A DNA stretch of 35,519 nt from Reclinomonas americana ATCC 50394 (GCA_048213135.1 PS015286.1:80073-115591), one strand, 5' to 3'. Shown: positions 21,701-32,821, counted from the stretch's first letter. Notes: generated by a model from the letters alone, not told the origin. Numbers and translations: made by a program.

Positions 21701-22739
21701 CGTGCACGCGTGCTTCTTGGCGGGGTCTACGAAGGAGAAGTGAGACTCTCTTTTCAACACGCAACAGAGAGACGACATCACGCACGACTGAATGCGACGG
21801 ATTGTCGGCTTGTCCGGATTTGAAATGTCCACCGTCCACAGACCTCCTGAAGGAGTGTACAGAATCACCACGTTGTTGTCCGTCACCGTGCAGCTCATGT
21901 TCTCGTCGAGCTTGATGGACGGGTATTGCGGGAGTTGAATGCCTGCACAGAAGTGAGCGAGTGCGCGGGAGCAACAGGTCGCCAGTGCGCGATTACAACT
22001 CAACGACGATGCTCGCTGAGAGCAAAGAAGCGCGGCGGTGGTGGGTCCTTGCACAACGACAGGGCGTGAATCTCGGGCGGCGTAATCACCGCTGAGTCCA
22101 AGGTGGCGCGCACGACGTGCGCCATGGTCAGCGGGTCGCGCATCAACCAGGCGAGGCGGGCGAGTGCGTCCAGCACGATGCCACTTGGCAGATCGCTGCG
22201 ATGGTGTGAGCGACACGGAAGGGGGGAGAGAAGGAGACGCTGTCTGACGACTGACCAATTATTCACTTGCGCCAGCAGCTGCTCGCGCGTCTTCTCGACT
22301 AGGGCGTGCACGTCGGCTCTGTGTACCACCAGGAAGGAGCGTTGTGCACTCACGGCGCGCAGGCCGGCGACGAGGTCTGCTTATTGCGTGAGAGGGCCGC
22401 GAATTAAATAAAGAAAGCTTGCTGGTGTCTCACCAGCGTGATCGCCCGAGGCAGAGAACTTGTTGAGGCACTCCACCAACATGGCGATCAGCTCGTCGGG
22501 TGACTCGCGTGCTCCGGATGATGAGGCAGGTGATGATGATGATGATGATGCTTCGCTGGCAGCGGTCTGCGGGGGAAGGTAAGAGGCACAGAGAGGAGGA
22601 AAGGGAGAGTGCGAGGGAGGGAGAGACAGGCAGGCAGAGAGAGAGAGAGGGAGACAGGCAAAGAGAGAGAGAGAGAGGAGGGCAGACATAGAAAGTGAGA
22701 GAGTGAGACACAGCGTGTGTGCGCGAGTGTGTGCGTGCA

Positions 22740-22786
<47 letters not shown>

Positions 22787-23110
22787 CGGGAGAGAGAAGG
22801 CGAGCCAGAAACCAGAGACGAAAGCAGAGAGCAAGGCAGGAAGACGCGCAGCAAGACGGATAAAGAAAGAGAGAGGGGAAAGGAAGGAGAGGCGAGTGAG
22901 AGAGAGCGAGGGTCGACAGAGATAAAACCGCCGGCCAAGACACAGACGTAGACAGGAAAGCAGAAAGACACCCACGAGTTTGATTCGCACTCAATTGATA
23001 GAACCCCGGCGCACCGCCAACAACTCCAGCTTGCTTGCACGTTGTACTGGGGTCTGTCGCAGCGATCCACGGAATGCGGGAATCTGAGCCTCCGCAAAAC
23101 TGCATGCGCA

Positions 23111-23149
<39 letters not shown>

Positions 23150-24104
23150 GAGGAGAGTAGAGAGGAGGAGGGAGGGAAGGGAGAGGAGGAGGAGAGGAGG
23201 AGGAGGAGGAGGAGGAGGAGGAGGGAAGAAGACGACGAACGGACGGACGTACGAATAAATTAGTTCGTTTACGTTTTAACTACGTTCGTCGGTCGTGNNN
23301 NNNNNNNNNNNNNNNNNNNNNNNNNNNNNNNNNNNNNNNNNNNNNNNNNNNNNNNNNNNNNNNNNNNNNNNNNNNNNNNNNNNNNNNNNNNNNNNNNNNN
23401 NNNNNNNNNNNNNNNNNNNNNNNNNNNNNNNNNNNNNNNNNNNNNNNNNNNNNNNNNNNNNNNNNNNNNNNNNNNNNNNNNNNNNNNNNNNNNNNNNNNN
23501 NNNNNNNNNNNNNNNNNNNNNNNNNNNNNNNNNNNNNNNNNNNNNNNNNNNNNNNNNNNNNNNNNNNNNNNNNNNNNNNNNNNNNNNNNNNNNNNNNNNN
23601 NNNNNNNNNNNNNNNNNNNNNNNNNNNNNNNNNNNNNNNNNNNNNNNNNNNNNNNNNNNNNNNNNNNNNNNNNNNNNNNNNNNNNNNNNNNNNNNNNNNN
23701 NNNNNNNNNNNNNNNNNNNNNNNNNNNNNNNNNNNNNNNNNNNNNNNNNNNNNNNNNNNNNNNNNNNNNNNNNNNNNNNNNNNNNNNNNNNNNNNNNNNN
23801 NNNNNNNNNNNNNNNNNNNNNNNNNNNNNNNNNNNNNNNNNNNNNNNNNNNNNNNNNNNNNNNNNNNNNNNNNNNNNNNNNNNNNNNNNNNNNNNNNNNN
23901 NNNNNNNNNNNNNNNNNNNNNNNNNNNNNNNNNNNNNNNNNNNNNNNNNNNNNNNNNNNNNNNNNNNNNNNNNNNNNNNNNNNNNNNNNNNNNNNNNNNN
24001 NNNNNNNNNNNNNNNNNNNNNNNNNNNNNNNNNNNNNNNNNNNNNNNNNNNNNNNNNNAGACGTACGTCGACGTACGTCGAGTACGTACGTCTAGTAGTA
24101 GACG

Positions 24105-24158
<54 letters not shown>

Positions 24159-25276
24159 ATGTGAGAGAGTGGGAGGGAGGAAAGGGGAGAGAGAGGGAGG
24201 GAGAGGAGAGGGGAGAGAGAGGGGACTGGGGAGAAGAGCAAGACGGACTAGCAATATGTCTTTTGCAATTCTGCGTGTGCACAAAGGGAATGCCGACAAC
24301 ACTCTGCATACGAATATTTTGAGAAACAGAGAGCGAGAGAGAGGAAAGGAACAGGCACTAGCAAGTGAGGTGAGAGCTTAAGAAATGGAAAGAAAGGGAC
24401 GAGTGACGATGAGCAAGCATTCTCTCTCCCGAGGCCTCGCGCACGTGTAATTGAGGGCATGCCAACAATCGCAGTGTACACGAACGAAATAGAAAGGGGA
24501 CAGGCAACGAGAGAGTGCAGAAGAGAAACGGAGAAACAGAACCGAGACGGACAAGGGCGATGAGCATGCCGAGCATTTCTCTCTAAACACGTGCAAATGA
24601 GAGAGAGAGAGAGAGAGAAAGAGAGAGGAAAGGGGGTGGGGGAGGGAGGAAAGGGGCGAGAGAGGGGACCCAAGGGACACGAGACAACAAGCAGCCTGTA
24701 GTACAAGGGAGTGAAATGCAAGATACGGACAAGTGACAAGGACAAGATCTCTCTTCCTCCTTTACACAAGCCCTGCCTCTCTCTCTCTCTCTCGTTNNNN
24801 NNNNNNNNNNNNNNNNNNNNNNNNNNNNNNNNNNNNNNNNNNNNNNNNNNNNNNNNNNNNNNNNNNNNNNNNNNNNNNNNNNNNNNNNNNNNNNNNNNNN
24901 NNNNNNNNNNNNNNNNNNNNNNNNNNNNNNNNNNNNNNNNNNNNNNNNNNNNNNNNNNNNNNNNNNNNNNNNNNNNNNNNNNNNNNNNNNNNNNNNNNNN
25001 NNNNNNNNNNNNNNNNNNNNNNNNNNNNNNNNNNNNNNNNNNNNNNNNNNNNNNNNNNNNNNNNNNNNNNNNNNNNNNNNNNNNNNNNNNNNNNNNNNNN
25101 NNNNNNNNNNNNNNNNNNNNNNNNNNNNNNNNNNNNNNNNNNNNNNNNNNNNNNNNNNNNNNNNNNNNNNNNNNNNNNNNNNNNNNNNNNNNNNNNNNNN
25201 NNNNNNNNNNNNNNNNNNNNNNNNNNNNNNNNNNNNNNNNNNNNNACACCCCACCTACCCTCGTTGTCTCTCACAC

Positions 25277-25329
<53 letters not shown>

Positions 25330-25863
25330 TATCACCACTCACCCCAACGACGCATCGGCACCCAGCGCCACCTCTCTCGCCCACTCCGGAGTCACCGCCG
25401 CCACCGTGCTCAACACACTCACAGACGACGACGACGACGACGAAGCAGACAATGCCACTGAGGAGACAGCAGCAGCGACCTTTTTCTGCGCAGCAACCAC
25501 CCTCGCCTTGAGCGCCGCCTGCACTTGCACCACCACATCATCGCCGGCCTGAGAGGCAGCAGGCGGAGGCGGTTGTGACGGGCCACTGGGGCCTTCGTTA
25601 TCTTCGGCAGAAGGTGGTGCGGCGTACACTGTGGATTCGCTTGTGGGTTGCGGCTGCGCCGCGGCGGCGGTGGATGTGGTTGAAGATGAGTTGGAACCGA
25701 GACGGTGGTAGAGCGACGGCATCATGAGGACGCCGCGCATCCATGTCAGACTGGTGGCGTCGTCTTCTGGTTGGTTGGCTGAAGCGGCGGTGGAGGAGGA
25801 GGAGCTGCCGCCGCCACTGCCGCTGGCTGCGGATGACAACTCGGTCACCGAGGAGCGACGCAT
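2557..25863 (-). CDS. Giant multi-exon HECT-domain E3 ubiquitin-protein ligase (HECTD4/HERC-like large HECT; no RCC1 repeats recognised), about 3,100 aa
   Basis: Exons in transcript order: 25501-25863 (ATG; putative first exon, link across gaps unproven), 23015-23099, 22434-22566, 22256-22376, 22005-22195, 21786-21942, 21618-21726, 21442-21559, 21310-21384, 20910-21128, 20669-20843, 19763-20070, 19231-19368, 19051-19170, 18854-18976, 16966-17390, 16798-16902, 16610-16738, 16469-16544, 16269-16408, 16127-16206, 15511-15646, 15397-15451, 15252-15337, [gap], 14156-14283, 13939-14092, 13742-13878, 13590-13679, 13390-13520, 12576-12750, 12427-12515, 12060-12368, 11945-12000, 11796-11884, 11630-11734, 10576-10670, 10428-10485, 10245-10369, 10071-10177, 9890-10004, 9725-9829, 9512-9661, 9403-9449, 9177-9330, 8974-9121, 8739-8905, 8599-8674, 8362-8539, 8045-8300, 7775-7971, 7517-7709, 7211-7451, 5933-6408, 5727-5850, 5533-5664, 5363-5468, 4802-4874, 4630-4736, 4552-4561, 4285-4491, 3417-3583, 3159-3352, 2961-3096, 2830-2890, 2731-2761, 2639-2663, 2557-2566. 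Phases match at every non-gap junction. The C-terminus is a clear HECT domain. Confidence 0.88.
2639..5468 (-). CDS. HECT catalytic domain exons of the E3 ligase
   Basis: Spliced motifs: SIFGQAYTQL...RAWRVEFEGEGGSDYGGLYRESISQMCADLQSSSVPLFIQCPN...RDKWIINP...MYRVVGMLMGLAIRS...LDLPSLVWKPLV...VELKDGGNSIVVTYANRLEYV...LLSLFTWEELELLVVGAPDIDVGVL...FWRTLESFSPEERSAFLRFLYGRSRLP...LPISHTCFFSMELPRYTTFEIMRERILYAITNCVTIDGDF. LPxSHTCF is the HECT catalytic-cysteine motif. Confidence 0.97.
3703..3790. repeat. Compound (TATC)n/(TC)n microsatellite in an intron
   Basis: Read directly from the sequence. Confidence 0.95.
4113..4172. repeat. Imperfect (CA)n microsatellite in an intron
   Basis: Read directly from the sequence. 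Confidence 0.9.
6588..7250 (-). repeat. Five degenerate copies of a 40-bp exon-end/5' splice-site segment
   Basis: Copies at 7211-7250 (true exon end), 7035-7074, 6922-6960, 6683-6722 and 6588-6627, separated by TC/CA-rich spacers. Confidence 0.75.
8974..9775 (-). CDS. Three tandem UBA(-like) ubiquitin-binding domains within the E3 ligase
   Basis: AELVHLGFKFEWCSE|ALKKERGNSEAAAMWL (9775 to about 9615, spliced); LVAQLQAFGDFSRQRVLEALARSGGSPEAAVEWLF (9177-9330); LAMLMSLGYSAELSERAIQQTRNLDEAVNWILEY (8974-9121). Each fits the L-x-x-(M/L)G(F/Y)...AL.....(N).E.A..WL UBA pattern. Confidence 0.85.
9890..10369 (-). CDS. PA (protease-associated)-like domain within the E3 ligase
   Basis: Spliced: ITADLVHAVPRCAEK|PLTNAADCAGQIVLVDASFSNATALRDRIQYAVSSG|AAAVVMEMP...FTCPVLFVTPETRDTL. 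By eye this follows the PA pattern (L.N.....G.IVLV......F..K...A...GA.AV.......IP.V.I....G..L). Confidence 0.6.
10810..11615. repeat. Degenerate intronic tandem repeat, about 4 copies of a 150-270 bp unit
   Basis: ttcagcgtctcttgtttg..tgcagtgtctgccactcacacactctctt...tgctga.gagaga recurs at about 10866, 11154, 11384 and 11510. Confidence 0.8.
17420..18510. repeat. Purine-rich minisatellite (about 14-bp unit ggggaagagcaaag) flanking an assembly gap
   Basis: Many imperfect copies at 17430-17490 and 18231-18440. Confidence 0.8.
20305..20570. repeat. Intronic tandem duplication, period about 117 bp
   Basis: gagaagggcaaggagacg(t/c)gggcaaca(a/g)gaatgagagggagagagg at about 20306 and 20423, plus a decayed third copy. 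Confidence 0.75.
23115..23225. repeat. (GA)n/(GGA)n microsatellite; further GA/TC tracts at about 22741-22781, 24109-24152 and 25281-25324
   Basis: Read directly from the sequence. Confidence 0.9.
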
Positions 25864-26425
25864 GTGTGTGGGGGAGAGTGTGTGAGCAAAAAAGCGCGTG
25901 GCCAAATTTGGTTTGGGACGCGGACACGAGGACGAATCGATTGAAGTTGCTTTATCCTGGTTGAGTTGTATGCGATGACGGGTGGCTGGAGGTGTGCTGA
26001 AAGCGGCGGTTGGATAATGCGGATCTGCGCCTTGTCCTACTCAGGGTAAGGGTCGAGGGAAAGCCTGGTGGACTTGCAAATTTCTTGGCAATAATATAGA
26101 AACTTCACTGATCCATACACACCAGTGATCGCCAACAAATCTCGCGTGCTTTCCTTCTACAACTAACACTGTTTTAAGTGTGTTGTCGATCGATGTTGAG
26201 AATAAAGCCCTATTCAGGAATGCTACTGCAAACAGCGCGATTGGTTTGTCGCCAGGCTCACAAGAAACAGCACAGAGGCTTGACCTTACATGCATCGTAG
26301 CAATGTCGGCGCGCATGATTGGCGACGAGTCATCGACTTCACAAGGACTCGGAGAGAACCACATCACAAGAGTAAACAATTTCACAAATCCCTCCCCTCT
26401 CTCCGCCCCCTCCCTCACTATTCTA

Positions 26426-29400
26426 TCACCTCCCGTTGCCCGAGTTGCGCATCACATTGCCGCCACTCGAACGCAGTGCGCCAGTCGACGGCCGTCCAGC
26501 CGGCGTGGAGTTGCGACGGTCGGCCGACGCGCGGGCGACCAGTGCTCCGGCACTGCGGTGCAACCCGGCACTGTTGGCCGTGCGATTCCTGCGCGCAGAG
26601 GTGAGTAAACTTGACCACACACGCATGAACGACATCAAGGAGAAGAACGCACGATGAGCTGGTTCCCGGACGACCCGACGCGGCGGCGGCTCGTGAGGCG
26701 GCCGTGCCTGGACGCGACCCGAGCGCCGAACCGCCACGCTGCAGCAGCTGCTGCAGGCTGCCGAGCGCCACCGACGACACCGGCGCGGCGTTGGTCGACA
26801 GCGCCGTCGCCTGCGGCTCCGGCACCTCAAAGTCAATGATGTGGTCGTCGGGCTCCAGAATCGTCGGCGGCGGCTCGACACCAGCGTCCGCAAAGGCATT
26901 GCGCAGCACCTCGATCTGCGGGTGCGCACAAAGTGAGCAAAGATCTTGGCCGGGAAGAAGAAATGGAGATCAACTAACCTCCTCGAGTGACGCCTGCAAC
27001 TCGTCGGCCGTCTCGTAGAACGCCTTTTGCCACTGCGACGGCAGCACGTCGCCCTCCACGCCGAGCTCGTCGCGAATGGCACCCAACTTCATGTGGGCGT
27101 CCATCTTGAGGCGGCGCTCGAAGGCGAGGCGTGCTTGCAGACGTTTCAGTTCCTACATAAAGGAAGTGAGAAAGGTGTAAAAAACACAAGAGGCACAAGT
27201 CGCTGATTCGCTCTCACTTTTCGGTGTCATCAAGTCATGGATTCGCTCTCTCTCTCTGCATTCTATCTTGAAACTTTTCTCTCAGTCCATAACGCGCACA
27301 TGCAATCATTCCTCGCTCTCGGACTTCTCGCATTGTCGAATCAGATAATCTCTATTGCAGCCTATTTGTTCACGCGAATACTAGCACTGCACACTCCCTC
27401 GCCCCACTCCCTTGATCACTTCACGCCCTAACGCGCCTCTTCTCTCTATCTTTCTTTTCTTACGATACTAGAATCTGCCACTCCAGTTCACATCTCTCGT
27501 TTACACGAGCAGACCCTGCAGCCTAATCCTAATGCTCATTCCCCGTGACGCACTCTATTTCTTCCTCCCTCGCCTCTCTCTCTCTCTCTCGCAGACGCAC
27601 ATGGCTGTTCACTCATACGTCACCCTCACCCCCACGATATGTCATTCACAGCCCTTTTTCGCTTTCGATCTAGGTCAAACAATGCACTTCAAACTAGCGC
27701 TATATCCGTCCACTTTCTGTCATGTCTTATCCCTCTCACCTCACAAACACATAAGAAACACAAGCACACTTTCCCACACTCCCTTCTCCCACCCCACCCC
27801 TTCCCCTTCACCCCCTTCCCCCACATCCCCCCACTCACCCTCTCCCTCTTGCCCTCGGCCAACTCATTCCGCTTATTGTACTTTTGCTCCGCCGCCATCA
27901 GCTTCCGCAGCTGCTTGTCCTTCCGATCAATCTCGAACGCCAGCTGATCCACATCGACCGAAGTCCACCGCTCATACCGATGCACCTTCTCCTCCAGCTC
28001 CGCCAACACCTCCGTGTTGCGCTGCTTCCACTCCACCAACGTCTGCTTCGTCTTCAACTGCAACTCCAGCTCCTTCTTCAGCTGGCTGACCTGCGACTCG
28101 GCCGACGACAGCGCGCCCTGCGTGTTCATCAGATTCTGGCGCAGAATGCTCTCCTTTTCCTCCAGGCGCTGCAGGTTGCTCCAGTACGATTTTTGCACTT
28201 CGCGGCGGAAGTTTTGCGCGGCGCGGAGCTTGGGGAGGGAAGGGTGAGGAGGAGGTGGGGGGGATGGGAGGGGGAAAGGAGGTGGAATGGCGCACCCTCT
28301 TCTCGTAGGTGTGGCGGATCTTGGCGATTTGGAGGTTTTGGAACATTTGCATGAGCGCGTGCTGGGCGGAGAAGGGTGAGAGGGAGATAGAGAGGGGGCA
28401 TTTGCAGGACAGGGTGGAAATGCATACCGTTCGCTGGAACGACAAGTTCTCGCGCTTGACCTTGTTCAGCTCGTCGTCGAGTCGAGCGATCTTGAGGGCG
28501 GTGCGTTTGAGCTCCATTGGTGCGGTCTCGCTGTCCAGGATTTGCAGTGTGGCGTTTTGCTTGACCTGAGGAGGGGGGAGGGAGTGAGAGGGGGAAGGAG
28601 GGGGGAAAGGAGGAGGGAGGGAGGGAAGGAGGGGGAAGAGAGGGAAAGAGAGGGAAGAGAGGGAAAGAGAGGGAAGGAGAGGGAAGGAGAGGGAATGAGA
28701 GGGAGAGAGAGGGAAAGAGAGGGAGAGAGAGGGAAGAGAGGGAAGGAGAGGAATGAGGGGGAGGGAGGGGTGAAGGAGGGAGAAGCAGGGAGAAGCAGGG
28801 AGAAGCAGGGAGAAGCAGGGAGAAGCAGGGAGAAGCAGGGGTGAAGAGAGTGAGAATCTTCGTCTTCTTCGCGCCCTTGTGACACATTTTTCTTGTCTTT
28901 CTCATTCTTCCTTTGTCTGTTTTCAGCTTTCTTCTTGTCTTCCTCAACTCTCTCCTCGTGCGTCATTCTTCCTATTCCTCTTCTCCTAGTCTTCTCCTCT
29001 CCCTTTCTCCTTCTGCAGCAACTCCATTTTCTTCTCGTGCATTATCTCCGTGTCTTACACTTCTCCTCATTCTTCTTCTCCCTCTCCATTGTCTACTCCC
29101 TTCTTCTCGCATTCCTTCTCTCTGTTATCTTCTTCTCGCACTTCGTCTTGAACTCTTCTTCGTCTTGCCGTTCTTCTCCTCCGCATCGCTCTCCTCTACT
29201 CCCACTTCCTCTCCTTCTTATGGCTCTTTCTCCCCTTGTAGCATCTTCGTCTTCACGAACATAGTGTCACTGTCCTTCTCCATCTCGGCTTTCTTCTTCT
29301 CAGATTTCTTCTTGTTGTCCCTCTTCTTTGTCACCTCTCTTACTCAGCCCTCTCCTCGGTGTCTTTCGCCTCCTGCGTCATCCCTTCCTATTCTTCCTCT

Positions 29401-32400
29401 CCTCCTTCTGCGAGCCCTTATACTCCTGCCTTTCTTCTCCTCCGCATCACTCTCTTCAGCGCCAACTCAACAGTCTCTTCTTCTCTTTTTTTGTTTTGGT
29501 TCTCTCTTGTGCAGCATGCTCTTCTTTCAGTAAATCGCCTGCTCCGCATCAATTTTTTCAGCGCCAAGTCAATTTTCTTCTCTTTCTTCTTATGGTTCTC
29601 TCTTGTGCAGCATCCTCTTCTTTCAGTAAATCGCCTGCTGGCTTTTCTTTCTCGCATCCCTCTTCTTCATTCATCGGATTCCTCTTCCATTATTCTTTCT
29701 CTCAGTTTCTTATTCTCTCTCCATATCTGTGTTCTTCTTCTTCTTCATTTCTCGCCCTCCGTCTCCCTCTGTAAGTTCCTCACTCCTCACTTCTCTCTCC
29801 CACTTTCCCTTCTCTCCCTCCCTCCCTCTCGCTCACCCTCCCTCTCCCTTCGATTGACAACTCACCTCATCCAAGTACGTCTGCAAGTCCTTGTACACAT
29901 GCGCCTTGTACTCGCGGAACTTGGCCTGCTCAATCGTCAGCTCGCGACTCAGCGACTGAATCTGGTCCTCGTACTCCTCCTTGACCCTGCCGCGAATGTC
30001 TTCGGCGGCGCCAGCAAGAGCGGCCTACCCGAAAAAGGAAGTGAGTCACGAAGAAGATTCGAAGAGCTGGCGCCCCTTCAAGACACCATGCCTCCAGTTC
30101 CGCCTTGCGCTTGCGCAGACTTTCGACCTCGAACAGCAAGTCGTAGCTGCGCTCGGCCAGCTCCGTGTGTACTCTCCTGTCGGTGGCCTTGCGCTCCAGG
30201 CCTCGCTGGTACTCGCGGTGCGATGATTTGCGCTCGTACTTGGTGACGTCGGAGGTGACCTCGTCGAGGATCGCGCGGACGTTGCGGTCGCGCTCGGTGA
30301 GGGTGAAGGAGCGCCAGGTGGAGACGCGGTAGAGAAGGGCGTCAAGCTGGAAAGAGGGAAAGGGGAAAGGGTGGTGAGGGAAGGGGGAAAAGGGAAAGGA
30401 AGAGAGGGAGGGGAGGGCAGGGGACGGATGGAGGGAATGGCAAAGGAGGGGAAGGAAAGAAACGTGAGATGAAGAGAATGATCAACAGGGTGAGAAACCA
30501 GACAGCGATCGCAAGATTGTCTGGGAAGCAGCAGATGACTGGTTGTCACAACAACCAAGAGGGAAGTCGGAAGAGAGGGAGAGACGGATTACAGAACGAC
30601 AACGCAAAGCGAAGACGCACACTAACAGGAATAGAGACAAAGTGTGAGAATCACGAGAAGCATCGGACAGATGGAATGTCGACGAGCAGCAGACAGCGTG
30701 AGAGAGGGTTTGAGTGAGGGAAAGTGAAGGAAGGAAGGAGAGAGAGAGTGTGTGTACGTGAGAGAAGAGCGAAAGAGAGACTCACCGAGTCTTGGAAATG
30801 GTCGACAGGGAACTGAAGAACCTCGTCGCCAGTATCGTTCTGGCTCAGCTCGCCATTGCGCTGTTCAATTTCGATGAATCAGCAATGCGAACAGAGAACA
30901 AAATGCCCTTCACAGATCTCACCATGAGTCGATCCAACATCCACTCCACCAGGCCACCGTCTTCATTGCGGAATGCCTCCTGCAAGATCAAAGGTGGTGA
31001 GAGACTGACTGAGAGATGAACTTAATGACACTTCACACCTTGCCACCGCGCTTGCTTACGGCATGACCGTACAGTGCCACATAATCGTGGTGCAAGGCGA
31101 GCAGTCGCTGGTAGTCGTCCTTGATGAGCATGAGATCGTACTGCTGCTCCAGGACCACGTGCTCGGCAAGCTTGAGGGTCTGCGATTTGGGGGAAGGAGA
31201 GAGTGAGAGGGAGGACAATAAAAGAGGGAAAGACAAAAGAATGGAATCGGAGAGTAGAGAGAGGGAGAGGAGGGGGAGGAGCGAGAGGAGAGCGAGAGGA
31301 GGGAGAGGGAGAGGAAGGAGAGGGAGAGGAGGGAGAGGGAGAGGAGGGAGAGGAGGGAGAGGAGGGAGAGGAGGGAATGGGAGAGGAGGGAGAGGAGGGA
31401 ATGGGAGAGGAGGGAGAAAGAGAGGAAAGAGAGCGAGAGAAGGGAGAGGAAGAGCAAAAGTGCGCAGAGAAAGGGAGAGAGGGATAAAGAGACAACGAGA
31501 GAGACAAAGAGAGACAGGGAAAAGGGAGACAACAATTATCTCTCTCTCTCTTCTCTCTCAGTTTCTCTCTCAGTCTCTCTCTCTCTCTCTCATTGTCTCT
31601 CTCTCAGTCTCTCTGTCAGTCTCTCTCTCTCTCTCTCTCTCGGTCTCTCTCAGCCTCTCACGAGAGGGCATGAGGACGAAGGAGTGCAGAAAGATCGAAA
31701 ATAGAGAGGCAAGGAGGGCGGCTGCAACTCTCGCTTTCTGCCACGTGAAGGGGACGGGAGAAAGGAATGAAGAAAACACGGAAAAGAAGAGAAGGAGGTA
31801 CAGCTCTCTTTCTCCCTTCCCGAGGCTGCTTCTCCGAGATTGGACAGAGGAAGTGATTATAAGTCAGGCGGAGGATGACGATCAAGAACGTGGAAGGGGT
31901 CAAGAGAGAAGGACGAGAAGACTTCAGAGCACAGCTGGCACACGAAGATATCTCGATTCACGACTGCGATCCACAAACGAGAAAAACCCCGCGAGCACGA
32001 CGAAGAAAAGAACCCGCAGAATCTGTGAGAGAGAGCTGATGTGGCCTGCCCTCCTTGCCCTTTTTCTATCCCTTCCCCTTGCCCTTTTCCCGCCACTCAC
32101 CCAATCCGTCAACTCGGAGCTCCGATGCAGCATGCCATACGACACGTTCTTCGTGTGCGGATCCAGCGCCGAGTTGCTGGCCACACACTTCTCGGCCAGC
32201 AACTGTGCGCGATCGAGCACCAGGCTCTCCAGCGCACGCAGCAGTCGGCACGATTCCGAGTCGGCATTCTCCACCGGCACAATCAGCTTGAGGTGCGGAA
32301 TCAGCGCCGCACGCAGCCCGTTGACGCTGAGGCACACGCGCAGCACCTCCAGCGTGAGGTTCAGCATCGATTCGGCATCATTCGCGCGACTCGACATGAG

Positions 32401-32821
32401 CGCTGAGTTGATGAGCAAATCGACCTGTTTCGCGTGTGAGATGGGGACAGTTGATGTGCTGTTTTTGCTCGCTGAACTCACCGCTTGCTGTCGCTCGGCA
32501 AACCACTGTCGACGCTCCGGAGGCAACTCCGTCAACGCCAGTCGCAACATACGCAGCGGAGACGGCAGGCGCGCGCCCACAAACGGTCCCGACACTGGCA
32601 GCAGCGAGTATTCCTCGCTCCAGACTTGCGGGAGGAAGGGCATGTCCTGCGGGATGGAGAGGAAAAGGAGGTGAGGATGGGGAGGATGGGGAGCGTGGCC
32701 TCGAGTCGGTGCTCACCTGCAACCGCGGCACTTGCAGCTCAAACATGAACGGCACGTCCTCGCGCTGGCGTGTAATGTCGGCCAGCAGAGCGGAGATGCT
32801 GCGGCGGGCCTGGTCGTCGTT
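26426..32821 (-). CDS. 3' portion of a long coiled-coil protein gene (loosely reminiscent of CCDC162-like proteins; not confirmed)
   Basis: Phase-consistent exons 32717-32821, 32482-32646, 32101-32424, 31039-31179, 30923-30979, 30786-30860, 30092-30346, 29866-30024, 28428-28565, 28296-28361, 27839-28228, 26979-27152, 26653-26915, 26426-26588 (TGA; exact 3' end uncertain). Heptad-rich E/K/Q/L segments such as LQRLEEKESILRQNLMNTQGALSSAESQVSQLKKELELQLKTKQTLVEWKQRNTEVLAELEEKVHRYERW, followed by a low-complexity S/A/G/R tail. Confidence 0.85.
28781..28840. repeat. Perfect 10-bp tandem repeat (AGAAGCAGGG)x6
   Basis: Read directly from the sequence. Confidence 0.95.
29170..29640. repeat. Intronic tandem duplication, unit about 100 bp
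   Basis: tggttctctcttgtgcagcat(g/c)ctcttctttcagtaaatcgcctgct at about 29496 and 29592, with a decayed copy near 29170-29260. Confidence 0.75.

Noticed and set aside
24059-24105. Palindromic acgtacgtcgacgtacgtcgagtacgtacg (similar at 23235-23297)
   Set aside because: It abuts N-gaps and cycles through T-A-C-G, as expected for pyrosequencing read-end noise. I do not treat it as a regulatory or mobile-element end.
26041-26418. 125-aa - strand ORF between the coiled-coil gene and the HECT gene
   Set aside because: It has no recognisable motif and is more AT-rich than true exons. It is more likely 3' UTR or promoter, though a small extra terminal exon cannot be excluded.
31121-32674. 517-aa + strand ORF with RGG and SL repeats
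   Set aside because: It is produced by stop-poor GA/TC tracts plus the antisense of real exons.
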